DNA of 64,000 bases from a candidate division WOR-3 bacterium (GTDB taxonomy: Bacteria > Hydrothermota > Tepidihabitantia > Tepidihabitantales > Tepidihabitantaceae): NCBI GenBank assembly GCA_965649205.1, contig CBFGJV010000013.1, positions 1 to 64,000 of the forward strand. Direction: 5' to 3'. This document shows positions 17,536 to 27,875 of this stretch, piece by piece (position 1 is the stretch's first letter; each line of letters begins with the position of its first letter). The notes under the pieces are model-generated. The model did not search any database, was not told the origin of the DNA, and saw only the letters and a list, made by a program, of their open reading frames with translations. The translations under genes and the position numbers were made by a program.

Positions 17536-18119
17536 AAGCCAGAAGTCGCACAGCCCGAATCCACCGCAAAACAAAGGAGACAGACGTCCAAGTGCGAGTG
17601 AATATGGACGGAACCGGCCGCGCGCGTATCCGCACCGGTCTGGGGTTTCTGGATCATATGCTAGCGCTTCTTGCCCGCCACAGTCTGATTGATATCAACC
17701 TCGAAGCCAGAGGTGACCTGCACGTGGACGAACATCATACAGTAGAAGACATTGGCATCTGTCTGGGTCAGGCGTTCAGTCAGGCCTTAGGGGAGAAGCG
17801 CGGTATCGGCCGCTACGGCTTCACGGTACCTATGGATGATACGCTGGCAGAAGTAGCCCTTGACTTGGGAGGAAGGCCCTATCTGGTCTGGCACGCCCGT
17901 TTCCGCCGCGAGCGGCTGGGCGACCTGCCCACCGAATTGCTGGAAGATTTCTTTCGGGCTCTGGCCGACAATCTGGCGGCTAATATCCACGTCAATGTGC
18001 GCTACAGTCGTAACGAACATCATCAGGCAGAAGCCATCTTTAAGGCCCTGGGTCGGGCACTGCGTATGGCCATCCGGATTGACCCGGCCGAAAAGGACCG
18101 CTTTCCCACTACCAAATGA
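17532..18119 (+). CDS. hisB: Imidazoleglycerol-phosphate dehydratase
   Basis: RKTKETD, GFLDHML, DEHHTVED, NEHHQAEAIFKA. Confidence 0.95.
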   Translation: MKARSRTARIHRKTKETDVQVRVNMDGTGRARIRTGLGFLDHMLALLARHSLIDINLEARGDLHVDEHHTVEDIGICLGQAFSQALGEKRGIGRYGFTVPMDDTLAEVALDLGGRPYLVWHARFRRERLGDLPTELLEDFFRALADNLAANIHVNVRYSRNEHHQAEAIFKALGRALRMAIRIDPAEKDRFPTTK

Positions 18120-18703
18120 TTGCTGTCATTGACTACGGGGCAGGCAATATCACCTCGGTTGTAAACGCCTTGCGCCGCTTGGGACAGGACTGCGTAGTTA
18201 CAGCCGACCCTTCCCTGTTGGCTGATTGCGCAGGAGTGGTGATGCCCGGGCAGGGACGAGCCCGGGCCGCACTGGAGCATCTTGCCCGCACCGGTGCCCT
18301 GGCAACCCTCCGCAAACTGCAGAAGCCCTTTTTAGGCATATGTCTGGGAATGCAGATACTGGCCGAGCATCTGGCTGAAGACAATACCGCCGGTCTGGGT
18401 ATTCTGCCCGGAGAAGTGGTGCGACTGCCTGCTCTCCGGGTACCGCACATCGGCTGGAATCAGGTACACATCTCGGCCACCGACCCTTTGTTGGAGAACA
18501 TCGGCTCGACCGTCTGGTTCTACTTTGCTCACTCTTACTATCTGGAGGTGCCGGCTGCATGCGTCCTCGCTTACACCTGGTATGGACTTCCGTTTCCCTC
18601 TGTTGTCCGGCAGGCGAACTTCTGGGCCGTACAATTCCATCCCGAAAAGTCCGGGCCGGCGGGAATGAGACTGCTTGCCAACTTCTTGTCGCTATGCAAA
18701 TAA
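18116..18703 (+). CDS. hisH: Imidazole glycerol phosphate synthase glutaminase subunit
   Basis: IDYGAGN, LGICLGMQ, PHIGWN, QFHPEKS. Confidence 0.95.
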   Translation: MIAVIDYGAGNITSVVNALRRLGQDCVVTADPSLLADCAGVVMPGQGRARAALEHLARTGALATLRKLQKPFLGICLGMQILAEHLAEDNTAGLGILPGEVVRLPALRVPHIGWNQVHISATDPLLENIGSTVWFYFAHSYYLEVPAACVLAYTWYGLPFPSVVRQANFWAVQFHPEKSGPAGMRLLANFLSLCK

Positions 18704-20193
18704 TTCCGGCCCTTGACCTTATGCAAGGACGTTGTGTACGGTTGCAGCAAGGCGACTACAACCGTGTCAGTCATTACGACGCCGACCCCGTGGAACTGGC
18801 CATCCGCTTGGTAGAGGAAGGCGCCCGCCGACTGCACGTGGTGGATCTGGATGGGGCCCGCCTCGGCTCTCCGTGCAACTATTCCGCTATCCTGACTTTG
18901 GCCCAAGCTTTGCAACCTGCTTCCTGCTCTCTGCAGGTAGGCGGCGGGATTCGCACTGTAGAGCAGGCTCGGCTCTATTTGGACAATGGGGTTGATCGCA
19001 TCGTATTAGGCACAGCCGCGGTTGAAACTCCTGACCTTATTTCTGCTCTTGTCCAACGCTACGAACCCCGTCGCCTGGCCATCAGCCTTGACCTTGCCGG
19101 CAGTTTTCCGGCCATAAGAGGGTGGACAGAAACTGCTTCTCTATCTGCCGGCGAACTGTTCTCCGGACTGCGGCAGGCAGGTGTCAGCGTGTTTGTCATC
19201 ACGGATACGCGACGGGACGGAATGCTCACCGGCCCCAACCTGGAGCTGGTGCGTCCGTTTGTGCAACCCGGGCTGGAAATCATCGTGGCCGGAGGAGTAA
19301 GCCGCTACCGTGACCTTTTGGAGCTGAAGCGTCTGGGCGTGGCTGGCGTCATCATCGGCAAGGCTCTATATGAAAATCGACTGCAGTTGCGCCAGTGTCT
19401 TGATGTTATCCGCGAAAGAAGCGACCTCAGCCGCCGTATAATCCCCTGTCTGGACGTGAAAGACGGCCGTGTGGTCAAGGGCACGCATTTTCGTAATCTG
19501 CGTGATGCTGGAGACCCTCTGGAGCTGGGCCGACGTTACAGTGAAGATGGCGCAGACGAACTGGTATTCCTGGACATTACCGCCACGGTGGAAGGACGCA
19601 AAGCCTGGCTCCAGCTTATCTCCCGTCTTGCCCGCCATCTGACTATTCCCTTCACTGTGGGCGGTGGAATCAGCACGCTTGCTGACATCAACGCTCTGCT
19701 TTGTGCCGGAGCAGACAAGGTGTCGCTCGGTACAGCCGCAGTACTCAACCCGGAACTGGTTGCTCAGGCGGCGCGCCAGTTTGGTTCGCAATGTTTGGTC
19801 GTGTCAGTGGACGCCCGCCGCCGGAACGACAGCTGGATATGTTACATCCGTGGCGGTACTCAGCCGACAGGCACAGATGCAGTGCAATTCGCCGCGCGGA
19901 TGGCTCGGCTCGGAGCCGGCGAACTGCTGGTAAACAGTCTAGACCGGGACGGAACCGGGCAGGGATATGATTTAGGTCTTTTGACCGCCATATGCCAGAC
20001 TGTGAACATACCGGTCATTGCCTCTTCCGGAGCCGGCACCATTGAAGATTTTGTTCAGGTTTTGACACTTACGCCAGTGGATGCGGTGCTGGCGGCAAGT
20101 GTATTTCACTACGAACTAATAAGCATCAGAAAACTGAAGGAGGTACTTTGCGCACACGGCATACCGGTCCGACAATGCGATTGCGAGACGTAA
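18694..20193 (+). CDS. hisA/hisF: Fused HisA (ProFAR isomerase) - HisF (IGP synthase cyclase)
   Basis: The N-half (IIPALDLMQGRCVRLQQG...LHVVDLDGA...GGGIR) runs without a stop into RRIIPCLDVKDGRVVKG...ADELVFLDIT...PVIASSGAG. Confidence 0.9.
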   Translation: MQIIPALDLMQGRCVRLQQGDYNRVSHYDADPVELAIRLVEEGARRLHVVDLDGARLGSPCNYSAILTLAQALQPASCSLQVGGGIRTVEQARLYLDNGVDRIVLGTAAVETPDLISALVQRYEPRRLAISLDLAGSFPAIRGWTETASLSAGELFSGLRQAGVSVFVITDTRRDGMLTGPNLELVRPFVQPGLEIIVAGGVSRYRDLLELKRLGVAGVIIGKALYENRLQLRQCLDVIRERSDLSRRIIPCLDVKDGRVVKGTHFRNLRDAGDPLELGRRYSEDGADELVFLDITATVEGRKAWLQLISRLARHLTIPFTVGGGISTLADINALLCAGADKVSLGTAAVLNPELVAQAARQFGSQCLVVSVDARRRNDSWICYIRGGTQPTGTDAVQFAARMARLGAGELLVNSLDRDGTGQGYDLGLLTAICQTVNIPVIASSGAGTIEDFVQVLTLTPVDAVLAASVFHYELISIRKLKEVLCAHGIPVRQCDCET

Positions 20194-20813
20194 AAAAACT
20201 GGACTTTGCCAAGTTGAACGGCTTGATACCTGCGGTCATCCAGGATGCTGCCGACCGCCGGGTACTTATGCTGGGTTTTTTGGACGAAACCGCGCTCCGG
20301 CGTACCCTGCGGGAAAACAAGGTTACTTTCTGGAGCCGTTCCCGGCAGCGCTACTGGCAGAAGGGGGAAACTTCTGGCAATTTCCTGCGCGTAGTTTCGG
20401 TGGCTACTGATTGCGACCGGGATGCGGTATTGATAACCGTGCAAACTTCCGGCCCGGTCTGTCATACTGGAGCAGACAGTTGTTTTGACCCGGTTGTATT
20501 TACGGCCGACTCGGCCGCCTTTCTGGACCAGCTGTACCGAATCATCCTGGACCGCAAGGAAAAACTCCCCTCCAGTTCCTATACCACCAAACTGCTTTCC
20601 GGTGGTCTGCCGCTGCTCACCAGCAAAGTGGTGGAAGAATCTGTGGAAACGTGCCAGGCGGCAAGGAAGGAGTCAGCAGGCAGACTGGCTGCCGAGGCAG
20701 CTGACCTGCTCTTTCATCTTCTTGTTCTTTTGGCAGCAAGGGAAGTATCGTTGTCTCAGGTAATGACTGTACTCAAGAATCGTCATATTTCTTTTTCAAG
20801 GAGGAAAAAGTGA
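20175..20813 (+). CDS. hisIE: Bifunctional phosphoribosyl-AMP cyclohydrolase / phosphoribosyl-ATP pyrophosphatase
   Basis: FWSRSR..W.KGETSGN, DCDRD, CHTG..SCF, SYTTKL, KVVEE, EAADLLFH. Confidence 0.93.
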   Translation: MRLRDVKKLDFAKLNGLIPAVIQDAADRRVLMLGFLDETALRRTLRENKVTFWSRSRQRYWQKGETSGNFLRVVSVATDCDRDAVLITVQTSGPVCHTGADSCFDPVVFTADSAAFLDQLYRIILDRKEKLPSSSYTTKLLSGGLPLLTSKVVEESVETCQAARKESAGRLAAEAADLLFHLLVLLAAREVSLSQVMTVLKNRHISFSRRKK

Positions 20814-21715
20814 GCATCATCTCTGCCATTGGCAATACGCCTCTCGTAGAACTGACCAATCTGCATTCTGGCCCGAACCGTATCCTGGCCAAGTTTGAAG
20901 GTGCCAATCCCGGTGGGTCAGTCAAAGACCGGCCGGCCCTGTATATGATAAGGCGGGCCGAAGCAGCCGGAGAGTTGACTAAAGACAAAACCATTCTGGA
21001 AGCCACTTCTGGTAACACCGGCATCGCTCTGGCTATGATAGGTGCGGCGAAGGGTTATAGGGTGCAACTGATGTTGCCCGAATGCGTGAGCGTGGAACGT
21101 CGCCATGTCCTTGAGGCGTTTGGAGCCAAAGTGGTGCTGACGCCGGCAGCAGAAGGCACAGATGGAGCCATTCGCCGCTGTCGAGAGCTTATCGCCCGCG
21201 AGCCCGAGCACTACTATATGCCCGACCAGTTCACCAACGAATGCAATATCTTAGCCCACTACGAGACTACCGGGCCGGAAATCTGGCGTCAGACTGAGGG
21301 GACAGTGGACATTTTCGTGGCCGGTCTTGGTACTTCCGGAACCCTGATGGGAGTAGGCAGATATCTGAAGGAGAAGAAACCTTCGGTACGGATTGTGGCG
21401 GTAGAACCCACACCCGGCCACCGGATTCAAGGGCTGAAGAATATGTCGGAGTCCATCGTGCCGGCTATCTACGACCCGCAAATGTTAGACGAGAAACTCA
21501 CGGTTGAAGACGAGGAAGCATTTCACTTTACCCGTCTGCTGGCTACCCAAGAAGGTATTTTCGCCGGTATGTCAAGCGGTGCGGCTGTTGCTGGCGCTCT
21601 GCGCCTTGCCCGCACCACCAGCGGAGCCACTATCGTCGTCCTTTTGCCCGACCGCGGCGAACGATATCTGAGCACCGGACTTTTCCGCTCGGTCTGTGGC
21701 CGCTGTTCTCCCTAA
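20810..21715 (+). CDS. Cysteine synthase family PLP enzyme (CysM/CysK)
   Basis: IGNTPLV, NPGGSVKDR, EATSGNTGIALA, GLGTSGT, PDRGERYLST. Confidence 0.9.
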   Translation: MSIISAIGNTPLVELTNLHSGPNRILAKFEGANPGGSVKDRPALYMIRRAEAAGELTKDKTILEATSGNTGIALAMIGAAKGYRVQLMLPECVSVERRHVLEAFGAKVVLTPAAEGTDGAIRRCRELIAREPEHYYMPDQFTNECNILAHYETTGPEIWRQTEGTVDIFVAGLGTSGTLMGVGRYLKEKKPSVRIVAVEPTPGHRIQGLKNMSESIVPAIYDPQMLDEKLTVEDEEAFHFTRLLATQEGIFAGMSSGAAVAGALRLARTTSGATIVVLLPDRGERYLSTGLFRSVCGRCSP

Positions 21716-21727
21716 AAGGAGACCTGA

Positions 21728-23047
21728 ATGATAGTAATGAAATTCGGTGGTACGTCTGTGGCTGATGCCGCAGCCATTAGGCAAGTGGCAGATATTGTCG
21801 GCTCCCGGCTTGCTCTTCGCCCCGTCGTGGTCGTAAGCGCCATGGCTGGCGTGACGGATACGCTCATTCGACTCTGCAAAGAACCAGATTGCCGCAAGAC
21901 GGAAACTGCCCGCCTGGTGAAACGACACTTGAAGACAGCCCGGGAACTAGGCCTGGACGAAACCACCGTCGCAGCAGAATTAGCTGAACTGGAGCAAACT
22001 GTGTTTCGTTGCGGCCAACGTCGGAAACTCTCTTCGGCCGAGACCGACCTTATCCTCTCCTTCGGCGAAAGACTCTCAGCCCGATTGGTAGCCGGGTACC
22101 TAAACCAGACAGTTGCGCCGGCTAAGCCAGTAATGAGCTATGAAGCGGGGTTGGTGACCGATGCCAACTTTGGATGCGCTGAACCTCTGCCTGTGTCGCG
22201 CATCAACCTGCGTCGCTCGCTTTCTCGCATCAGAGAACTGTCCGTGATTACCGGTTTTCTGGGACGAACTCCAGATTGTCACCTGACTACGTTGGGACGA
22301 GGTGGTTCTGATTTCACCGCCGCATACGTGGGTGCCGCTCTGGGTGCCCGCCGGGTGGAAATATGGACAGACGTGGACGGAATAATGACTGCCGACCCCA
22401 GAGTAGTGCCCGGCGCCCGTACCGTTTCCCGTCTGTCTTTTGCCGAGGCTGCCGAGCTGGCTTATTTTGGCGCCAAGGTGCTCCACCCCAAGACTTTGCT
22501 TCCTGCCATAGAAATGAACATACCGGTATGGGTGCTCAATACTTTCCGTCCTGCCGGAAATGGTACGATCGTGACCCGGTCCAGCCGAAAGAGCGCAGAA
22601 GTGGTGAAAGCTATCGCCTGCAAGAGAAACATCCATGTACTTAACGTGGTATCCACCCGCATGTTGATGGCGCATGGGTTTCTCGCCCGGCTGTTTCAGG
22701 TGTTTGCCGACCTGGAAATCGTAGTCGACCTACTCGCAACTAGCGAAGTCTCTGTTTCCCTGACGGTGGACTGTCCAGACCGGCTGCAAGAGGCGTCGCG
22801 TCGCCTCGCTCGTCTGGCCGAAGTACGTCTGGAACAAAATCGTGCGTTGGTGTGTGTGGTTGGCGATGGCATAGGCAAGACCCCGGGACTTGCCGGCGCC
22901 GTCTTCTCCATCTTGGGAAAGGCCGGCATCAATGTGGAGATGATTTCTCAAGGCGCATCGCGTACTAATCTGTCCTTTGTTGTGGACAACAGATACTCCC
23001 GCCGGTGCGTCCGCCTGCTGCATGGCTACTTCTTCGGCAACAAATGA
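21728..23047 (+). CDS. lysC: Aspartate kinase
   Basis: MKFGGTSV, TTLGRGGSD, WTDVDG, FGAKVLHP, two ACT domains. Confidence 0.92.
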   Translation: MIVMKFGGTSVADAAAIRQVADIVGSRLALRPVVVVSAMAGVTDTLIRLCKEPDCRKTETARLVKRHLKTARELGLDETTVAAELAELEQTVFRCGQRRKLSSAETDLILSFGERLSARLVAGYLNQTVAPAKPVMSYEAGLVTDANFGCAEPLPVSRINLRRSLSRIRELSVITGFLGRTPDCHLTTLGRGGSDFTAAYVGAALGARRVEIWTDVDGIMTADPRVVPGARTVSRLSFAEAAELAYFGAKVLHPKTLLPAIEMNIPVWVLNTFRPAGNGTIVTRSSRKSAEVVKAIACKRNIHVLNVVSTRMLMAHGFLARLFQVFADLEIVVDLLATSEVSVSLTVDCPDRLQEASRRLARLAEVRLEQNRALVCVVGDGIGKTPGLAGAVFSILGKAGINVEMISQGASRTNLSFVVDNRYSRRCVRLLHGYFFGNK

Positions 23048-24279
23048 AGCTGACCACAAGGAACAATCAGTTGCTGTGGGGCGGCGTAAACTGCGAAAAA
23101 CTGGCTCGCCAATACGGCACGCCGCTGTATGTGTACGACGAATTCGTTATTCGCCGCCAGGCTCGCCGCCTCCGTCAAGCATTCTCTGCCTGTTCTCCTA
23201 GGCTGCTCTACTCTGCCAAAGCAAACACCAACCTTTCTATTCTTCGCGTGCTCCGGGAAGAGGGATACGGACTTGATGTTGTTTCCCCAGGCGAAATTCT
23301 TCTCGCCCTGCGGGTCGGCTTCAGTCCCCGCGACATCCTCTACACCGGCAACAATCAGACTGAAGCGGAATTGTGCTTCGCTTTGAGCAGAGGGGTGGCT
23401 GTAACAATAGATTCTCTTTCTGCTCTGAAACTATTCGGCAAACTGCGGCCGGGCGGAAAACTCGCCGTACGTATCAATCCCGCCATAGGAGCAGGTCATC
23501 ACGCCCACGTCATCACCGGTGGCCCGGAATCCAAGTTTGGCGTCTGGGTAGGTCAGCTTGAAGAAATACTGCGGCTGGCAGCGCATTACCGTCTGAAAAT
23601 AGTCGGCTTGCATCAGCACATTGGCTCCGGTATCCGTTCGGTGCAAATTTTTCTACGCGCAATGTCCGCACTCCTGAGGATAGCTGACTCTTGCCCGGAC
23701 TTGGAATTCCTGAATTTGGGCGGCGGTCTGGGCGTACCCTATACACCACGTCAGCGACCTCTGGACGTTTCGCGTCTGGGCAGGGCCGTCTGCCAACGTT
23801 TCCGCAACTTTTGCCAGAGGTATGGCCGTCGGCTGCGGCTTCTCCTTGAACCAGGTCGCTATCTGGTAGCCGAATCTGGTATCCTCTTGACCCGTGTAAC
23901 TACAGTGAAAAGCACGCCTGGGCACACATTTGTCGGCACCGATTCCGGTTTCAACCACCTCATCCGGCATCCCCTTTACGGCGCACATCACGAAATAGTG
24001 AATGCCAGCCGCGTACGCGGACCGCGTCAATTTGTCGCCGTGGCAGGTAACATCTGCGAAAGCGGTGATTTGTTCACCCATGGCCGCAACATAACTGCTC
24101 CGCGAGAAGGAGACCTGTTAGCAGTTCTTAACGCCGGCGCTTACGGTTACGTGATGGCCAACCAGTACAACTCCCGACCCCGACCAGCAGAAGTAATGGT
24201 CAGGGCTGGCCGCTCTCGCCTTATCCGCGCCCGGGAAACACTTTCTGACCTCCTGCGCGGTCAAACAATCGGCAATTGA
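23044..24279 (+). CDS. lysA: Diaminopimelate decarboxylase
   Basis: YGTPLYVYD, YSAKAN, SKFG, HIGS, LGGG, EPGR, ICESGD, GAYG...YNSRPRP. Confidence 0.92.
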   Translation: MKLTTRNNQLLWGGVNCEKLARQYGTPLYVYDEFVIRRQARRLRQAFSACSPRLLYSAKANTNLSILRVLREEGYGLDVVSPGEILLALRVGFSPRDILYTGNNQTEAELCFALSRGVAVTIDSLSALKLFGKLRPGGKLAVRINPAIGAGHHAHVITGGPESKFGVWVGQLEEILRLAAHYRLKIVGLHQHIGSGIRSVQIFLRAMSALLRIADSCPDLEFLNLGGGLGVPYTPRQRPLDVSRLGRAVCQRFRNFCQRYGRRLRLLLEPGRYLVAESGILLTRVTTVKSTPGHTFVGTDSGFNHLIRHPLYGAHHEIVNASRVRGPRQFVAVAGNICESGDLFTHGRNITAPREGDLLAVLNAGAYGYVMANQYNSRPRPAEVMVRAGRSRLIRARETLSDLLRGQTIGN

Positions 24280-24303
24280 CAGACAGTCTCCGGACGCTAT
24301 AAT
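24276..24303 (+). promoter_or_regulatory. trpB2 promoter
   Basis: Consensus TTGACA-N16-TATAAT. Confidence 0.75.
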
Positions 24304-24311
24304 GCCCGCGA

Positions 24312-24398
24312 ATGGCTGACGGCCTCAATCTCATGCGGAGCAGCGCTTGGCGCTGGTGCCCTGCTTTGCCAGGGAGGTTGGGGCTGATTCGGCCATAA
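24312..24398 (+). CDS. Putative trp leader peptide (28 aa, W-R-W)
   Basis: MADGLNLMRSSAWRWCPALPGRLGLIRP*. TGG codons at 24348 and 24354. Not in the ORF track. Confidence 0.7.
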   Translation: MADGLNLMRSSAWRWCPALPGRLGLIRP

Positions 24399-24449
24399 CG
24401 GCTTAGAATTGCCCAACAACCACCTGGCAATGCCAGGTGGTTTCTTTTT
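24366..24449 (+). terminator. trp attenuator (terminator/antiterminator)
   Basis: Terminator AACCACCTGGC-AAT-GCCAGGTGGTT-TCTTTTT (24418-24449). TTGCCAGG (24366-24373) and GGTTG (24376-24380) can pair with its 5' arm. Confidence 0.75.
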
Positions 24450-24496
24450 AGGGCAAAGACGATAGTAGAACCGTAAACAGAAGAAAGGAGAAGCAT

Positions 24497-25852
24497 ATGT
24501 CCGAACAACGTATACTGCTCAGCCCGAAGGAAATCCCGCAGGCTTGGTACAATATAATACCAGACCTGCCCGCACCACCCAGTCCGCCCCTGCATCCGGG
24601 AACCCATCAGCCGGTCACCCCCGCGGACCTGAATCGGGTTTTTCCTCTGGAGCTTATCCGCCAGGAAGCCACCTCCGAACCCTTCGTTCCTATTCCGGAA
24701 CCGGTACTGGAAGTGTATCGGTTGTGGCGGCCAACCCCGCTGTGCCGAGCCCGCAACCTGGAACAGGCCCTTAATACTCCAGCTCGCATCTACTACAAGA
24801 ACGAAAGCACCAGCCCGGCCGGTAGCCACAAACCCAATACGGCTGTAGCTCAGGCGTACTACAACAAACAGGAAGGCGTGACTAGGCTCTGTACCGAGAC
24901 CGGAGCCGGACAGTGGGGTAGCGCTCTGTCCTTTGCCTGTCAGCACTTCGGTCTGAAGTGCACCGTGTATATGGTAAAGGTCAGCTATCAGCAGAAGCCC
25001 CAGCGTAAATCACTGATGGAAGTATGGGGAGCCGAGGTATTCGCTTCTCCCAGCGATCGCACCAACTTTGGTCGCAAGGTGCTGGCCGAAAACCCCAACT
25101 CATCTGGCAGTCTGGGGATTGCCATCTCCGAAGCTCTGGAAGATGCGACCAGTCACGACGAAGCCAAATACTCTCTGGGCAGTGTACTGAATCACGTTCT
25201 TTTGCACCAGACCATAATCGGCCTGGAGTTGAAACAGCAGTTGCAGATAGCTGAAGAAAAGCCGGACGTTATCGTCGGCTGCGTTGGCGGCGGCAGCAAC
25301 TTTGCTGGCGCTGTTTTCCCCTTCGTCCAGGATAAGCTCAAAGGAAATGATATCCGCTTCGTGGCGGTGGAACCGACCGCTTGCCCTACCCTGACCAAAG
25401 GTCCTTACCGCTACGATTTCGGTGATACCGCTGGAATGACTCCCCTTCTCAAAATGCACACCCTGGGCCACTCCTTCATGCCTTCGGGCATTCATGCCGG
25501 AGGCCTGCGCTACCACGGTATGGCCCCTCTGGTCTCCCTGCTCGTCAATCAGAAACTTATCGAGCCGCGCGCTTACCCTCAGACGGCAACCTTTGATGCT
25601 GCCTTGCTCTTTGCCCGCACCGAAGGCGTCCTGCCTGCACCCGAAACGTCTCATGCCATCAAAGCCGCAGTAGATGAAGCAATCCGGTGTAAGGAAACCG
25701 GCGAAGAAAAATGCATAGTTATCGCCTTCAGCGGTCACGGTCACTTTGACCTGGCTGCCTACGAAGACTTTCTGGCCGGCAAACTTACCGACTATGAACA
25801 TCCGGAGGAAAAAATCGAGCAGGCGCTCAGGGAGCTGCCGCCCATTGGTTGA
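24497..25852 (+). CDS. trpB2: Tryptophan synthase beta chain, type 2 (TrpB2)
   Basis: [61 protein letters not shown]. Confidence 0.93.
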   Translation: MSEQRILLSPKEIPQAWYNIIPDLPAPPSPPLHPGTHQPVTPADLNRVFPLELIRQEATSEPFVPIPEPVLEVYRLWRPTPLCRARNLEQALNTPARIYYKNESTSPAGSHKPNTAVAQAYYNKQEGVTRLCTETGAGQWGSALSFACQHFGLKCTVYMVKVSYQQKPQRKSLMEVWGAEVFASPSDRTNFGRKVLAENPNSSGSLGIAISEALEDATSHDEAKYSLGSVLNHVLLHQTIIGLELKQQLQIAEEKPDVIVGCVGGGSNFAGAVFPFVQDKLKGNDIRFVAVEPTACPTLTKGPYRYDFGDTAGMTPLLKMHTLGHSFMPSGIHAGGLRYHGMAPLVSLLVNQKLIEPRAYPQTATFDAALLFARTEGVLPAPETSHAIKAAVDEAIRCKETGEEKCIVIAFSGHGHFDLAAYEDFLAGKLTDYEHPEEKIEQALRELPPIG

Positions 25853-26070
25853 CCTACTTGGCGCAGAACCTGTCTTCTCGCCGATGCGAAACCGGAAGAA
25901 AGCTCTGTTATCCTGCAGGACCCAGGCCTATGGGTTTGCGAGCGGGGCTTTCTTCCGGTTTCCCTCTAGAAGTCCCACATAACCAGCGGGAACAGGTGTC
26001 TGCGCGAGTCAGTTGCAGCCACCCTAAACTCTCCAACACACCCTGCACAGATTCAAGGTAATGTGTCAGA

Positions 26071-27438
26071 TTAAGTAGCGTCGTTCCACAGTCTGACAGA
26101 AAATTCCTTTGCTGCTGCCAGTGCCCGCTCAGATAAAAGTCGCTTTTTCTCCCGTCCTTTTGCTTTGGACTCCAGCGGCGGCAACAGGCCAAAGTTGGCA
26201 TTCATCGGCTGAAAACTTGGCACCCTATCTTCTGTGCTTGTAGCAGAACTATTATCTTCGTTCTCACAACCTGTGCCAGCTACATAGAGTAGCAGGCTTC
26301 CCAGCATCGTTTCCTGGGGTGGCACAACCGGCTTCAGGCCCCGCACCCATCTGGCCGCATTAGTACCCGCGATCAGTCCGGCGCCGATTGACTCTACATA
26401 TCCTTCTACCCCGGTCAGTTGTCCGGCAATGAACAAATCCGGCCGCGCCCGAGTCTGCAAAGTAGGCAAGAGAACCTTTGGCCCGTGCAGATACGTATTC
26501 CTGTGCATCGAACCATAGCGCAGAAATTCAGCCTTCTCCAAACCCGGGATCATTCGGAACACCCGAGCTTGTTCGCTGTACTTCAACCTGGTCTGGAAAC
26601 CAACCAGGTTATACATCGTGCCGGCGGCATTCTCCCGGCGCAACTGGACAACCGCAAAAGGTCTCCTGCCTGTTGTCGGATCGAACAGGCCTACCGGCTT
26701 CATCGGTCCGTACGCCGGCGCCAGCCTGCCCCTTCTGGCAATCTCTTCTATGGGCAGACAGCCGGCAAAAAATTTCTTCTGCTCAAACTCGTGTGCCGGA
26801 TGCAATTCCGCCTCGAGCAATGCTTCAATGAACCGGTTATATTCCTCCTCCGTCATAGGACAATTCAGATAATCCGCTCCCGCGCCGTAGCGCGAACCGA
26901 CAAACACCCGGTTCATATCTACAGACTCGGCAGTCACAATCGGTGCGATGGCATCGTAGAAGAATAAACTTTCTGCTCCCAGAAGTGTCTGCAACTCCTC
27001 TGCCAGCGCAGGCGACGTCAAAGGTCCGGAAGCAACAACGCAAACCGCATCCTGAAAACCCGGACGCGAAAATTCCTTCACTTCCTCTCTCACAACTTCT
27101 ACTCCTGCCCGGTTCAACTCTGTCTGCACCTCGGCGGAAAACCGCCTGCGGTCCACCACCAGGGCTCTGCCGCCCGGAATCCGCGCCCGTTCTGCACACG
27201 CAAGCAGAACCGAACCCAGAATCCGCAACTCGGCCTTGAGAAGTCCGTGTGCGTTATGGGGCTCATCTGACTTCAAGGAATTGGAACAGACCAGTTCGGC
27301 CACATCTCCGGTCTGGTGCGCCTCGGTCATCCTCACCGGCCGCATCTCCCAGAGCCGCACCGCCACGCCGTGGCGGGCGCATTGCAAAGCTGCCTCGCAA
27401 CCTGCCAGCCCTGCGCCGATAACCGTCACGCGGTCCAA
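26071..27438 (-). CDS. trmFO: tRNA (uracil-5-)-methyltransferase TrmFO
   Basis: VIGAGLAGCEAA, ELVCSNS, FYDAIAP, VGFQTRL, MHRNTY, AGQLTGVEGYVES, QPMNANFG. Confidence 0.95.
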   Translation of the reverse strand: MDRVTVIGAGLAGCEAALQCARHGVAVRLWEMRPVRMTEAHQTGDVAELVCSNSLKSDEPHNAHGLLKAELRILGSVLLACAERARIPGGRALVVDRRRFSAEVQTELNRAGVEVVREEVKEFSRPGFQDAVCVVASGPLTSPALAEELQTLLGAESLFFYDAIAPIVTAESVDMNRVFVGSRYGAGADYLNCPMTEEEYNRFIEALLEAELHPAHEFEQKKFFAGCLPIEEIARRGRLAPAYGPMKPVGLFDPTTGRRPFAVVQLRRENAAGTMYNLVGFQTRLKYSEQARVFRMIPGLEKAEFLRYGSMHRNTYLHGPKVLLPTLQTRARPDLFIAGQLTGVEGYVESIGAGLIAGTNAARWVRGLKPVVPPQETMLGSLLLYVAGTGCENEDNSSATSTEDRVPSFQPMNANFGLLPPLESKAKGREKKRLLSERALAAAKEFSVRLWNDAT

Positions 27439-27875
27439 AGAGTCAAATCTCCTTCTACATCAAGACGTGCCGTCCAGAAACTAGGAAGGCGGCCGAGGTA
27501 TTGTTCTCGCACGTCGCCCACCCAACTATGGCAGCGGTTTTAGGCTCAACCGAATAGGCGCGCACAAGCGCAACCGAAAGACGCAACACCGCCGGCACAG
27601 GGAAAGTCTGCCGCATGCTCATGCCCTCAGTATCGGTGAATTCTTTTATCCGTCAATGACCTGACCGTTCCTCAAGGGCGTGCTGGAACACCTATTTGGT
27701 ATTGTTTACGGTTCAGCGGCATAGGGACGAGTTAGCCCGAAAAAGTGTGCAATTGTCTTCATCTGCGTAATCTGGCTGGCAGGAGGATAGCTGGGAGTAT
27801 GGAATGCTGGCGGAAAGTTGCCTGCTGCCCGAGGGAGTTTTGACTTGGCAGGGAGGGAGGTTAGCATATGACTGG

